This document shows positions 13,750 to 28,575 of a stretch of 64,000 bases of DNA, in pieces. The stretch's first letter is position 1, and each line of letters starts with the position of its first letter. The notes beneath the pieces are model-generated. The model had not been told where the DNA came from. It did not search any database and saw nothing but the letters and a program-made list of their open reading frames with translations. This stretch comes from Syncephalis fuscata S228 (lineage: Eukaryota; Fungi; Zoopagomycota): assembly GCA_025786725.1 (NCBI GenBank), contig JAHLTZ010000011.1, forward strand, positions 558,001 to 622,000, in the 5' to 3' direction. Made by a program: the position numbers and the translations under genes.

Positions 13750-14143
13750 ATTACTGTTTTCTATTCTTACCATCATTGATTGTTTATAAGTTTATTAATT
13801 AATTTATTAATTAGCTGATCGCTTGATTGCTTAATAAGTGTGTATAATGTGTAATCAATGGCACTATAAACCATGCCAACATGGTAATAATAATACGGTG
13901 ATGATGATAATGAAAAACAGATTAACGCCGGGCAATTCCGGACTCGACGCATAAATGACACCTTCAGAGCTAATAAGGGACACGCTATAGATAGCAATGA
14001 CATTTCCCCAACGTGCATTGCCACGTCATATCTGTGCCATCTATAAAATGTATCAGTTTTCGCTACCTCGTCTCATTTCTCTTCGCTCAGCTCTTCTTCT
14101 TTTTCTTCGACAGCTTTTGCAAACGTGCACGTGTGTATTTTGA

Positions 14144-15237
<1,094 letters not shown>

Positions 15238-15484
15238 CTTTCCAAGTATGGCTGATCTAGCTATTGCACAATCCATCAATAAATATGACTGTCGTCTGTT
15301 CAAATACATAACCTACTTAACACTGTCTGTATTTTGATAAACATTTGTTGCGATGGCAAAGATTACTAATAACAATAAACAAATCATATTATGCCGACTG
15401 CTATTCATTGCTACTAGTCACTACTTGGTTAATTTAAATCTAGATATACACTGATACATATAGCACGGCGTAAAGGTTTAAACA

Positions 15485-16360
15485 ATGGTGAATACAGATC
15501 GCGGAGGCAGCTTATTGAACTCGCAAAACTTTATTGCATCCAATCGATTTTTAATTAGCCAACAAGTCGACGCAGTTTTATTTTTAATCCTATTCTGCTT
15601 TGCTTGTACGCTACATGTTTATCGTTATATTCAAACGCAATCAAATTGTCATATTTTACTAATATGTAGCGCGTGCATTGAGATCATTGCATCAGTCGCT
15701 GTACTCGCTGGAAGTATCAGTCATAATGGTCCATTGGCCTTGGTGTCATTGCCGGCTGGTATATTTGCAACCTGGCTTATACAAGCAGTACTAGTCCATT
15801 TGCTGCTACAATGGTAGCTACTTGGGATAATCATTATTTATTAGTAATCTAACACTTGAATTAGGAATCATTCTGTACGAGAAATAATAGGCAAGAAAAC
15901 CGCACTGATACATCATTTTGGCACAGTAGCACTTGGTTTACTTTCAATTGCTAATAGTGTACTACTTGCCAAGTTCACTCTGCTCTACACCTATTCGCTG
16001 GCTATTGATGTTAAAGAATTTACCATATTCATCTTGCTATATCGTATTGGCTATGGACTACGTCTGGTTGTGGAAATACTGCTGTGTTGTGTATCAATGG
16101 GACTCGCGCTTGTTGTCTTTTCTAGAAGATTGCCTATGCCGGCCAGCAAGTATCAGCAAGCAAGCATATTAATATTTACCTATTTGCTGTTGTTAATTGC
16201 TGATTTTTGCAATATCTTACTATTTCACTCTATTAGCAGTATGGCTATTGCTGTTGTATTAATAGTTGCAGCATTTCCACGTAAAATGCTAGTCAGATGC
16301 GAGGTTGTCGAAATTGATTCTGCTTCTAAAGAAATGGAGTTTGTATGTGTTGAGGAATAA
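15485..16360 (+). CDS. Hypothetical multi-pass membrane protein
   Basis: Consecutive hydrophobic ORFs, a probable intron near 15814-15864 and a probable frameshift. No family recognised. Confidence 0.5.
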
Positions 16361-16563
16361 ATAGCAATATAAATAGTCATAAATATTACAATTCAACTTT
16401 TAAAATCAAATGGCTAAATACTTTAATTTGCTTGCTATGTCATTTTGACAGCATATTATAATTTAAGCGGCTGGACTAAACAGAGGTTGAAAGATAGTTT
16501 TATTCAATAACTGAACTTGGATATAATAGAATTATTTAACACTAATTACTCTAACATGTTAAC

Positions 16564-17169
16564 TCATGGATCGTTAATTAACTCCATATCATCCAAATTG
16601 TTTGAACTCGATTCTGACCATGGAAAAGAATCGATTAAGCGTATATTATCTGGTAGTAGCTCTAAAAGATCAGGCCACACATTCCACGGCCATACATTTT
16701 CGTCTCTTAACGATGGTGTAGGCAATGCAGAAATACTTGGTTTGGGACTGGAAGAGAGAGATGTGGAATGGTCATTACTATTACCGTCATTACCATTACT
16801 ATAATTAACCGTGCTTGTCAATGTATTCTCGGCAGCCGGTGATCTTGGTAACTCATCAAACCTTACAGTACCGACAACTACCCAGTCGATTGTTGGAGAC
16901 GCCATGGGCGTAGATGACTTGTCTACATTAAGAAGCGTCGACGATGGTTGCAATTGGGATAATTCATCGAGTAAATGTCCATCGTAAATTGATAGTGTAT
17001 CATCGAACAAATCAACTGTTTTACCCAATATCTGACTAACAATATTGTTTTGCTTTTCCGATGGATTGGGCAGTATAGCCGATTGTCCCAAAATAACAAT
17101 AAACAGCGAGGAGAAAAGCACAAGTGTTTGCCATCGTCTAAACGCTAAAGCACACCATATCCATAGCAT
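16564..17169 (-). CDS. Hypothetical secreted or membrane-anchored Ser-rich protein
   Basis: 201 aa ATG-initiated ORF with a hydrophobic N-terminal segment (LVLFSSLFIVILG). Confidence 0.5.
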   Translation of the reverse strand: MLWIWCALAFRRWQTLVLFSSLFIVILGQSAILPNPSEKQNNIVSQILGKTVDLFDDTLSIYDGHLLDELSQLQPSSTLLNVDKSSTPMASPTIDWVVVGTVRFDELPRSPAAENTLTSTVNYSNGNDGNSNDHSTSLSSSPKPSISALPTPSLRDENVWPWNVWPDLLELLPDNIRLIDSFPWSESSSNNLDDMELINDP

Positions 17170-17701
17170 AACTAAATGAAAGTCAACTAGAGGTAATCAA
17201 ATCGGTAAAAGCGCAATATTAAATAAAGATTGCCAACCTTCGATAAAATACGATGTTATGGTTGTTTTGGTAACCATTTTGTTTTTAATTGATCTTTAAA
17301 TCCAACAAATTATTATTATGTTTTAAACTGTATGTGAATATATAATGTAGGTTTAGCTTGCAGATGTATATTTAGTATGAATAGAAGATATGGTCAATTA
17401 TTATTTAATTGAACGTGTAATTTACATTAAGCCATATCATTGGCGATAGCCATATAAAAATACGGTAATATTATTTTTATTTATTATGTATGTCATCACT
17501 TTATTTTCTATACTGTATTAAAAGTTGGTGTTTACGTTTACCGCTGATGCTGAGTGACTATTATTATTTGTTTATCTTGTTTATTACATTTACTAATATG
17601 TTGGTTGTAATTTATTTACATTATTATAAATTTAACACAACTACTGCACAAATTAATTAAAATAACGCCTATTAAATTTATTATTAATAGTGACTATTTA
17701 G

Positions 17702-19251
17702 TTAATTTAATTCAGGCACAAAGCTTATGATAAGCGTTGTCTCTTTAGACATCAATATCATATGCCCAAATGAAACTGTACAATAACATACTTCTGGTAT
17801 TGGGAACGTATGAATATTCACGTCACCAGTGTTGGCATCAATAATGCAGTATTGATTAGTGTTATAGTAGTAGCCAATGATCTTTGTATCAATAATATGC
17901 TGAAAGTAACAGCATGTATTGTATATTTTACTTATATCGATGTAATGCTGAATCTTTCCATCCATTAGCGAGATGATAACTAATTCCGAACGGCTTCCTG
18001 AGCAAAATGCAACCAAGTTATATTGTGGAATTAAAACTGGTTTTTCATGTTCATTTGCTTGATAGTTGCATTCAAGAATAACTCCCTTACTTAAAGAGAT
18101 GACTTTAATGTAACGTTTCCAATGTGCTCTATTGCAATCAAATACTCTATGTTTGCAGTAAAATAAAATCCGATCGCTGTCAATTGAATAGAAATCTATC
18201 CATTCTAGAAATCTGGAATCTGGTATTGTGAAGCTATCTGAGATGATTGTAGTTATTTGTGCTGTGCCATGATCGGTTACCATTAAGTCAGCATCAGGCG
18301 TCAATGGCACACGGGTTATCTTGTATAAATTTTGTTTTCATAACTATAGTATTGCGAAAGAACAATTTCATTGTTTTCCGCCTTATGTATTTTAAACCTT
18401 CTCCATAGCCAGTATCTGGAACATTAAATATTGATATTCACGTAATTCTGTCTTTAAAAAGCTGTTATAAAATAGTTGGACATTTTCACTATCTTCAAAG
18501 TTGAAAAGCAGCGGAGACATGCATATAATTCTACCATTCCAATAAGCATTGAAATCAACAAATTGCAGCAGTTGGCAATTATTTGCATTCCATACTTGAA
18601 GCACTTTTAAAGGGGTTTCCTGTAGTATAAATGTATAATTACACGCATGCCATCATCAATGTCGTTCGCTTGTTGTTGATGTTGATAAAATCCTATAAAT
18701 CTTATCGATTCTAAATAGTTTTTATCCAGATCTAGCGAATGAATGTTAACCATATTCTTTGGCGAAAGTTTAAGCAAATCAACTTGCAAATCTTTATGAA
18801 TTGCGATTGCAATCCAGCCTGGATAGCTTGCAATAATTGATTCCTTAGGATATACTAGCTGTCTTATTATATTTATATCAAAAGGCTCCATATGAACCGT
18901 TGACGTTGGTTTGTTCTTTTGCCATTTGAATCTAGTTGATACGCTGATTATATCGTTGAAACCAAGTAAGTTTTGATTCAAGTTCATTTTAGCATCCGTT
19001 TCTGTAGTCTCTACTTTTTGCTCTTGTTCTAACTGCCATTCTGACCAGTCAATGGCAGTGTTGATATCACGAGGAAATTTCTGTTGATACAATTTGTGCC
19101 AAAAACTATTGTAGCTTGTAATGGAATTATAAAGTAGTTTGCAAGTGCATGCCAAAGCAATGTGGCAGATGGTTCACTCAAGAGTGATATTGATGAACAT
19201 CTCGACAACTTGCCATATCTTTGGTAGTGTGTTGCTATTTTGCGTTGACAT
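17702..19251 (-). pseudogene. F-box-like protein gene disrupted by several frameshifts (pseudogene or assembly errors)
   Basis: ATG at 19251 (MSTQNSNTLPKIW), then LACTCKLLYNSI..YNSFWHKLYQQKFP and a beta-rich C-terminal region split over three ORFs. Three 1-nt deletions relative to the intact copy at 1-145. Confidence 0.6.
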
Positions 19252-20071
19252 GATGGGAATAAAACTGAACAAAGATATGTTTACTTGTAGCGAACAAGGC
19301 CTTTGGATTAAATGAAATGACATGGCGAACTGCAGATACAATACATCTAAATTGAATGTTCCAGCGCTAAGCATAGCCTGTTTATGAAGCAGTTTGACAT
19401 TTATATGCGCATTTCAATCCAATTTGATATTTATTTAATCTAATTTGTAAAGCATCATTTCACTTTCTATTCTGTATTGAAAGCTATTTTCATGATTATA
19501 TTGGATCTTGATATGATACTTTTTGTTTTACTATTATGCTCATTGCTTTGTTTCTTTTGTGTTTCCACTTTAAACGCATTTTAGTATGTATTCAGTGATA
19601 ATCGAATGCTATTCTGTTAATAGTCTTGTTTCTCTGTTGCCTTCCCTACTTTATTAATATAATTGATGTCAGTGTTTGTAACAAATCATCACTAGCTATT
19701 TTCTAGTTATTTATTTTACCATTATACATTTCAAACACACATTGTTTTTAATATTTGTAAGTAGCAATATGTTTATTAAATCAACTATGTTGTTTGATAA
19801 TAACTGTGGATGTTTTTATTTTTATTCATTTTACTTTATTATGATTCAAGAGTAAAATATATTATATACTATTAATGTGCTATTATTAGATAAGTTGGTT
19901 CAAATAATTATCTATTAAATGTACCGTACTTTCTTTAACATCGCAGCAGTTGTGCCATATACTGGCCTAGGTTAAGAGAATGTCAGCATAATAGAGGTCA
20001 TAACATGTGATCAAGTCACTTCATTCTATATTGCTAAAACATGAATACAATGCATGTAAGAAGAATTTGAA
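19110..20071 (+). repeat. Dispersed direct duplication, copy 2 (partner 1-963)
   Basis: Near-identical to 1-963. Confidence 0.95.
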
Positions 20072-21321
20072 GTCATAACTTTTAGTCAAATATTAGGCTT
20101 TAAATAGGAAAATAATACTAAAAAACTATCAAGCTGGATGTATACTTACATTGCATCAACTCTTCAACAATAAGCATGTCACTATATAAAAATGATTATG
20201 CTAAAATGGTAAAAGCTGTATCATAAATTTAAAAAACGCTACTTTATACCTTTTACAATCCACTGGATTCGGGCATAGTTTTCACGTCTATGTGTATTAA
20301 ATAATCAGCAAAGTGATCATAGATTTTAGATAAAAAAGAATAGAGAAAACGATTAATAGCAGAACAGAATTAACTTTATCTAACGAATCTGATGTTGTAT
20401 TTGAAAATCAAGATGAGATGGAAAACGATAGAAAGTGAAAGAAAAATGTGATGAAAGCAATTCTATGGAAGTTACAATAGAATCACAGTATACAAACAAA
20501 AGTTAACTGATCATGATAGAAATGATGACAAATACAGACACATCATGAAACAGCAAAGAACTGCTGTTACTTTAAAAGAGGACATTGTAGCTAAAAATAG
20601 TGTCTTAATTTTTAAAAGACTTTAAATAACATTTGGGTTTTAAGTACTAGGTTTTAAATTGCTAACTGCAAACTACAGTTTTAACAAATGAGCAAACAAA
20701 TGTATAAATATCATTAAACTAACTATTTTTATCAGAGTATGAATGCAGGCATTTTATACACTATGTAGATTTACTTAATACTACCTAGCCTTGTTGATTT
20801 TCTATATAGCTATAATATTACTTTATATATAAAAGTTTATTCTAATAGATTACTATCGACCTCAGGGCAACATATTGCCTTATTGGCGTTGGTATATTAC
20901 AGCTAGTAGTGGCAATATTTATTTGAGTATTTCTTGGTAAAAAGTATGAATAAATGATATTGTACGCATTAAGCAAATATGTGGACTTTAAAACAGATTC
21001 AGTGAATTGTCATAGCTGAGACATGATGGATAGGCGAAGCAAAACATGAAAAGTAATAGAGAAGCTATTTCAAGTAATAAGGCAGGCGCGTGCATTCGAA
21101 CAATTCATACTTGAAACACACAGTCATTAAAAGTTGTCTATCTAGCAGCATAGTTTAGCTTTTTTTTGATATAGTCAACAACTATCAAAATTGCTTTAAT
21201 TTGTAAGGCACCCTTTCTATTTTGGGCCAGTTTAAACGAGGGTTCGATTTGAAGCTATATAAAGAGTCATTGTTTCTCATCAATTGTCGCCAACTTTACT
21301 ATACAGACACTTTTGCTTGCC

Positions 21322-21569
21322 ATGTCCTCCACTCTATCGTTTGAAGCGTTCTGGGCGCACGTAGACCTTGATGTTGATCCGTGTAAGCAAACTTATCGTT
21401 TATTAAGTGACCACTTACATAGCTATATGTAGACAACTACGGGGGTGCATCATCATTTAAATCATCGCAGCTATCCATACCGGTGGTGCCTGACATCCAA
21501 AATTTCAGCAACTTTAATCCAGAGGACAATGGTGTCGTGGTAGTTCCAGATATCAACCATCGCCAATAA
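21322..21569 (+). CDS. Candidate small two-exon protein (65 aa)
   Basis: TATATAAA at ~21256, ATG at 21322, gtaagc...ag intron 21383-21432. Product MSSTLSFEAFWAHVDLDVDPYNYGGASSFKSSQLSIPVVPDIQNFSNFNPEDNGVVVVPDINHRQ*. Confidence 0.35.
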
Positions 21570-23112
21570 TTTGATGATGGCTTTCGCCTAGCAAGTTTGT
21601 GGTGCCTATACAAATCCGTGGTATTTCAAGTGCCGCCTTGCACCCAAAAACACAGAATGCCGCTTTGGATACACTTGTTTACACTGGAGCCGTATCTCTC
21701 CTCTTCCTTACTTCTTTGCTATTTATTCTTTATTCTATTTCTTGCTGCCATATACATATACATACACACACATAATACTCTGTGCTTATTTCCTTTTTTT
21801 CACTTATATACACACTTAAAGATAATTCAAGTTACAAAAAACTCAAATGCAGCTTTACTGGTGCCGCTATATATGTGTCGACCGTATATAAGCCAGCGCC
21901 AGTAATTACTGTGCATTACCTACTTACTGCGCAAAACATAAACCATATAAATAAAAACACATGTAAAAAGTATACAACTGATTTCTATTTGTATAAAGCG
22001 TAGTTATTACAGCTCATTTACAACGCTATACTACGATGATGAGCGTTGAACATTCTACCAGTGAAATGCGTACTTGCTTAATGCTACTCTGGTTCTACTT
22101 TCCTATTGTCACTAGAGACGTAATTGTAGCTAAGCCTTGTAAGTCTTTATTAAAAGGCAATTTACTTAAATAAACACACACCACGTATATATATATATAT
22201 CATGCTATATTATCAATATTCAAACACTTTGACTATTCATTTAAATTTATGTCATCTTGAATAGTAGTTTATAAAAATATAGCTATTAATAAATAAATAC
22301 TGCTTATTAGCAAATTATAGACTAGTATAGAACGATATAGAACATAATGACAATATATGAATAAAGGTGACGAATCTATAGCGTATACACTAAGTGAAAG
22401 CAATGAGAGCAATGGGTCAAGTTTACAATAAATATAACTACAACAAACGAATAACAGCATTAAATAATATGCTATAGTATGAATATAGAATATATGTGTA
22501 TTGAATATATGCATACTGAATAATCTATCTATGATAATGAGTATTTTTTATGTCACTCACCACCCGCCCTCATCTTCAATAGAACAACTGTCAAGTTCAA
22601 TTACGCGAATATTAGCAAAAAGTGTCATTTGACACCAAATCACACTAAATAAATACTTGATAATTTAATACACTTTATACACTTAATCAACCAACCAATT
22701 AATTAATTAATTCTAATATTTTTAATTTTGAATCATTTGTCACAACTGCTATTATAGCAGTTTTTTTGGGGGAAGGGGTATAAAACTAGCAAGGATAAAT
22801 GTCAAGAATAAAGAGAAAGACACAAAATGAGTGACATTGGATAAGCGTCGTACTATATCGGAATAAAGACTGGATGATGAATGGGAATAAAACGATGGCC
22901 ATACAGGAAATAATGAAAGGTAGTTAGTTAGGATACAGCAACAAAAATATACGCTTGCAAAATAAAGTGTGGAGAATTGAAATAAAATAGAAAGAGAAAA
23001 GGATATAGAATGCATCTAGCAACTACATCAATAATAGGAATACTATGTAATAGATATAGTCAGCGGATGAGTGAATAGTGGCTAAATAATAAGAATAAGA
23101 ATAGTGTAGTGT

Positions 23113-25426
23113 TTACCAAACACAACTATCGATCGTAACGGGCATTTGGCTGGCATCGCCATTAGCACCACCACCATGAACTGGACGACAAAGGAATCGA
23201 TCGAGATCTAGATTGCCTTGTGCATCGCGGAACATACTTTTCAATTCGTTGACTTGTTCGATTGTCAACATACTACCATTGGTGGTGCATCGCGCAGTGT
23301 ACACCTTAACGATACTGGCGAGTCGGGCATCCATCTCAGTGGCGGGTGTCAGATGGGCACGTAGCCATGGCATACGTACAAGTAAATCGCCCGGCGAACA
23401 ACGTTTTTGTGGATCCAGCGATAATAGTGCTTCGATAACGGCGCGTTCACGTTCGGTAAACGTGCCAAGGAATCGTTCACGTCGATTAATGAAGTAGCGA
23501 TAGCCAGCATCTTCATCAACATCGGCCTTCTCCCAATGGAAGCAGCGACGTACCAAACATAGATAGATAACACCAAGTGACCAACTGTCAGCGGCAAATG
23601 GATCATAGCCATGATCGTCAGAAGCGCCTTGATTACGTTCACGGGCCAGTTCGTAAGAGGCAGCGGCAGTCAACACTTCAGGTGCAACATAGGGATCACT
23701 ACCATGGATCTGGTGTGACTTAATCACATTACCATTACGTTCACGAGCCGATGCAGAACTACCAAATCGATAAGTCGAAGTGAACCTGATGGATCAACAC
23801 AGGCATTTTCTAGCTTTAAATCCCGATGAGCTAGACCGTGACGATGAAGATGAGCAACGGCATAGACGAGTTGAGCAAACAGACGATCCCGTTCTTTAAT
23901 AGTCATATCTTCGCTACGTTCAATGACGGCAAATAGATCATCAGGATAGTAATCGGTCACGAGAACTGGAACATCAGCTGCACGGTAGCCAGCCTTACTG
24001 GCTTCAATGGCCGAGGCTTCTGCACGACCCATTTCCGTAGATGGCAATGATAGAGCATGAGCACGTGTTGATTTGTTCATGCGGTATACGCCAAGTGTCT
24101 GCATCAAATGGGGATGCGCAGGCAATGTCTGCGCCAATGTAAGTTCACGCCGTACTTGTTCTGTATCACGTCTAAAGAATTTAACGGCTACTCGTTGATT
24201 ATCTGACTTGCGATGGTATAGACGAACTGATCCACCAGTACCACTGCCTAATACAACACCAGCAGGCTTGTAATATGTCTCAAGTGGATCATATCGACCA
24301 TTATGGCTGTTGCCATGCGTTGATGATTTGTGGGGACGGAATACTTTGCGCAATAGTGCATTGACTGCCGTAGACACTGGACGGTGTGGCTTACTACGAC
24401 GACGAGCTGCATCGGCCGCATGACCGAGTGCATATTCACCGGTTGATGTGGATTGGGCTGGATCATAAACGGTAAATACGCTTGTATTGGCCGTGTTAAT
24501 AAACGATTCTGTCGTAGCATTATCCATAACAGATAGATTGGGACGAGATTTAGCGGCATCTAGCTTTGAATCGCGTTTTGCTTCTTCTGATTTACGTGGC
24601 ACAGCAGCCTCAGGACAAGAGGCGAGTCGGCGTGGCTGTGTGGTGGCCAATTCATCGGCATCTTCCGTTTCCGTATCTTCGCCTTCAATATGACTGGTAA
24701 CGGCAATCGATGTATCACGACAAACCGTATTGGCAATGGATAACCAGCCGGTACTTGGTTGACCACGTCCTGAACTTACAGAGACGGGTGTCATAGGCGA
24801 TAAAGGGGTCGCTGCCTCATCGGCCATCATTACCGCTTGGAGTGGCGTTATCTGTCTCGAAGATGAAGCATATGACGAGCCGGATGAAACTGTAAACTCT
24901 TGATAAGTCGCTGATGGCGTCAAAGCGGGTGTATTTGCCCGAGATGCATCCATACTCCAACGAGTAGACTCCTCACCAAACCAAGTATCCGTGGATGATG
25001 AACGAATATAGTGTTCGGAATGAGCAGATGTCGATGTAATCGCTGCCTTCGATTTACCAAGTCCCTTTTTCTTACCACCGTTACCTAGACGTGAAAATAG
25101 CTTATTAAGCTGAGCCTCGGTGGATTGTGCTTTATCCGGGCCCGGCATAGAGTTCAATGTATGTTCTGCCCCTTCAACAAAGCAACACTGCTTTTACCAC
25201 GACGATGCTTTTGAAGCTTGCTTGATGCTGCTGCTGCTGTTTGTGGCTTGCCATCAGTGGAAGAGCACGATGCAGACGATGCAGTTGATGCAGCACTGTC
25301 CTGCACCAAATGCGAAGGGCGGTGTATTCCACCAGCAATATTGCTATGGGCAGCTGCAGTGGCACTGTTCTGATATTCATCAGTACGGCGAAAACGTGCC
25401 CCCAACAGAGATTTAAGAGAAACCAT
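23113..25426 (-). CDS. Ser/Thr protein kinase, HAL/NPR-like, with two apparent frameshifts
   Basis: LGSGTGGSV, VAVK, HRDLKLEN, GSDPYVAPE, DSWSLG. Adding one T near 23766 restores LIDFGSSA; a second shift lies near 25160-25200. Confidence 0.85.
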
Positions 25427-27626
25427 GTTGGTTGGTTGGTTAGTGAACACGCAACTGTACAGACAGTGGGTGAGTTCGTGTCTAGTTGTAATAGACTAAT
25501 TATCTATAAAAGGTAGACAACTAGAGCAATAACTAACGAAGACCAGTAGAGCTGGTACGACCAATGTACGTTGAATAAGAAAAAATAAAATAAAGAAACA
25601 GTCTACTCCCGACTGAAAAATAAAATATAAAGTAGGCAGTAAAGCAACGCAACTGTGAAACAATGAAATAACACTCTTAAACAAATGCCAATATTTATGC
25701 ACTACTCTCTAACACTTGGTCAATGTTTTAGCTGACAATAATACTAGTAGAAAGAGAGAAGAGGGAGGGAGGGAGAGAGTGATGACAAGCAAGAATCCAA
25801 TGATGCAATGACAAAGAATGAGATGTTGCAATAGTGTTATGTGAAGTAACACGTTTTAAGCAAGTGCTATTGTAGAATAAAAGACAAAGAACAAGGAGAG
25901 ATACGGCTGAGTAAGCGAGCATCACTAAAAACAAATCGCGCGTCTTACTGTTCGCTCCTTTTCCCCAATGTATTTATATATTTGTCGAACGGAGTGAACG
26001 ACACACGCGTCCGATAACCGGCGTACAACGTGTATGGAAGACAACGGCCATGACTGCTACACCACCACCACTGTTGCTGCATCAGTCATTGTGAAATTGA
26101 TTGGCCGAGGCCAACAAAGTGTGAAGACATGTGTGTGTAGGAATAAAGGCGCGGAGTTGCAATGCGGATGACTAGATGCCACTAAAACGGATAAATATCG
26201 GTAAAATAAGACTCGGTTATTCGGCATTTCTACATTGCCCCTATTCTCACTCCTTTTACTAATATTTCCTTCTCTCCCTCTCTCTTCCATCCTATTTAGT
26301 ATAGATAGATGATTGATGATAGATAGGTAATTTAAATGAGGGAGGAAGATAGTTACACTATGCTTATCTGGTCAGCGTAACGATAATATCGATGATGACT
26401 CACCTATAAATATAAAGTGAGACCAATTCATTGGTGCTAACTTTAACTAAATAGCAACTATCTATCTTGGCGATGCACAATACGCATAATAGATGGCGTG
26501 GCTATTGATTTCTCGTTGACAGCCTACTTACATTGACTAGTCATTTGTAACACTATTGTATTCTTGGCATTTTTAATAAATGGTTATTGTTTAGACTTAC
26601 AGAAATTGATGGGTCATTGTTAATGATCTGCACAATGTACGTGTGTGTGTGCGCGTGTATCATCGACACATCATCATGACTCGTTTGTTATCACTGTTGT
26701 GGTGATTATTGTTGTAGTGTCATGTTGATTAATAGAAATGGTAATACTGAGTACTAATAACGAATAACGGTGAGTGAATATTTACATGGCCTAGCTAAAA
26801 ACGAATTGCAGATACTTGTATATGTGCGATGAGTCATGCAGTGAGCTGCAGCTATTCACCGAGTTATGCTTTTAGTCTGTTGAGCCATTTGTCGTCGTCG
26901 TACCTTTGTATGGCGTATGGCGTATGGCGTATGGTGTGTGTATCTATTTACACTAACGCCGCCACCCCTTCTCTTTCTTCTATTAGTCAGTGTCGGACAC
27001 CATGTATTAAGAAGGAAACAGGCTATGACCATTAAGCACGTGCAGATGGCGTGCTTGTATCAGCCGTCCCATCTAGTTACTTGCTTGTTTGGTCAATGAC
27101 GGAGTCAAGCAATATTCTATAATAGTCACTCTATCCATCATCTTAATGGTAATGATTATCGGTAGTGTTATTTGTGGAGTTAACATATAATTACCCATCG
27201 GCTATTAATGACACCCGATAGGTAGATTAGTGAATTGCATTATTTATTTTTTGTTTTCTGTTTTTTGTTTTTTGTTTTTATTCGCTATCTAGTGCCGTAG
27301 TCGTTGCCAATACTCCGTCTTATCGATCAATACGTATAACCGAGTAGCCGAGTGCGTATATTACATATCGATACTATATTTTATTTCATTCATTTATTAA
27401 ATTTAATAATTCCCACCATTTATCTGAATTAGTCCATTCGTTAATTAGTTGCTATATATGAATTATTTTCATTTTCTATATTTATTTTTAGCTTCTGATT
27501 AATAAACAATACCAAGTCGGTTGATAAAACACGTGGTAATGGCTGGTAAAACTTTTGAGCTCTTTTCTTCTTTCTTGTAATTCACTATTCAGCTATTCAT
27601 TCATTGGTAGAATAAAAGGACGCATA

Positions 27627-28501
27627 ATGAATACATTTACAAGTGCTAAGGAGCTACAAGAAACGCAACAAGGGGAGGGACAGTCGAAACAGGTACGTGG
27701 TATAGTGCAGTACTGGTGTTTTGACTTTGTCTACTAACTACAATGAACTACCTGGTAATAGCGATTAAAGGCGGCAGTATGGCATGCCGTCGGTAAAATG
27801 TGTACAGCCCATGGTAACTAGAAGAGACAAAATACAGTATTACAATAATTAAATAAAATATATTATATCCATTATTAATGTTACAGAAAGTACTATTCAG
27901 TTGACGGTGACGCCTCAATTTATCGCGGCATTGTCGGAAATGGTCTATTATCATATGGGTAAGTGATGAGTGGTATAGGCCAGTATTCATTGTTATGGCT
28001 ATTGGTATTTGGCCTTGAATAAAACATATCCTGATACATTGACGCTGAATATCTACTAGAACGACTTGGCCAAGATCTGGAGGCATTTGCACAACATGCC
28101 AATCGTTCAACCATTAAAGTGGACGATGTCAAGGTGGGTGGCGTTGCCTTGAGACATGGCCTTGATTATTTATACATATCATCATAACTCTATTTCTAGC
28201 TATACGCCCGACATAATGAGGAAATGGTAACACTATACATAATACAATATAATATCACATCATGCATTTTATTAATAGATCAACTATTTTTATTACTTTT
28301 AATATTGCTAATAGTGTCAATTTCTACAACAAATCATGGATGAACAAAAAGCTAAAGATGATAAAGATGCACGTCCTCGTGGTCGTAAACGCAAAGTAAA
28401 TAGATTGACTATTTTATTCAATAGCAATGCATAGATACGTGTAGATTGACTTTTTCTATTAATTGATATTCTAGATTGAAGCACCTTCATTAGATCCTTA
28501 A
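27627..28501 (+). CDS. MHF1: CENP-S / MHF1 histone-fold protein (multi-exon)
   Basis: Spliced exons give RLKAAVWHAVGKMC, TPQFIAALSEMVY, LGQDLEAFAQHANRSTIKVDDVK|LYARHNEEM. Absent from the ORF track. Confidence 0.88.
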
Positions 28502-28575
28502 CTATGCATACTGCTCATCTTGTTGATGGTGTTTATTCGTATTTGTCTTTAATTTGCCATAATTATAACACTGGT

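Noticed and set aside
20072-20700. Decayed coding or transposon remnant next to the duplication breakpoint
   Set aside because: Purine-rich and vaguely coding-like, but full of stops, with no recognisable motif or terminal repeats.
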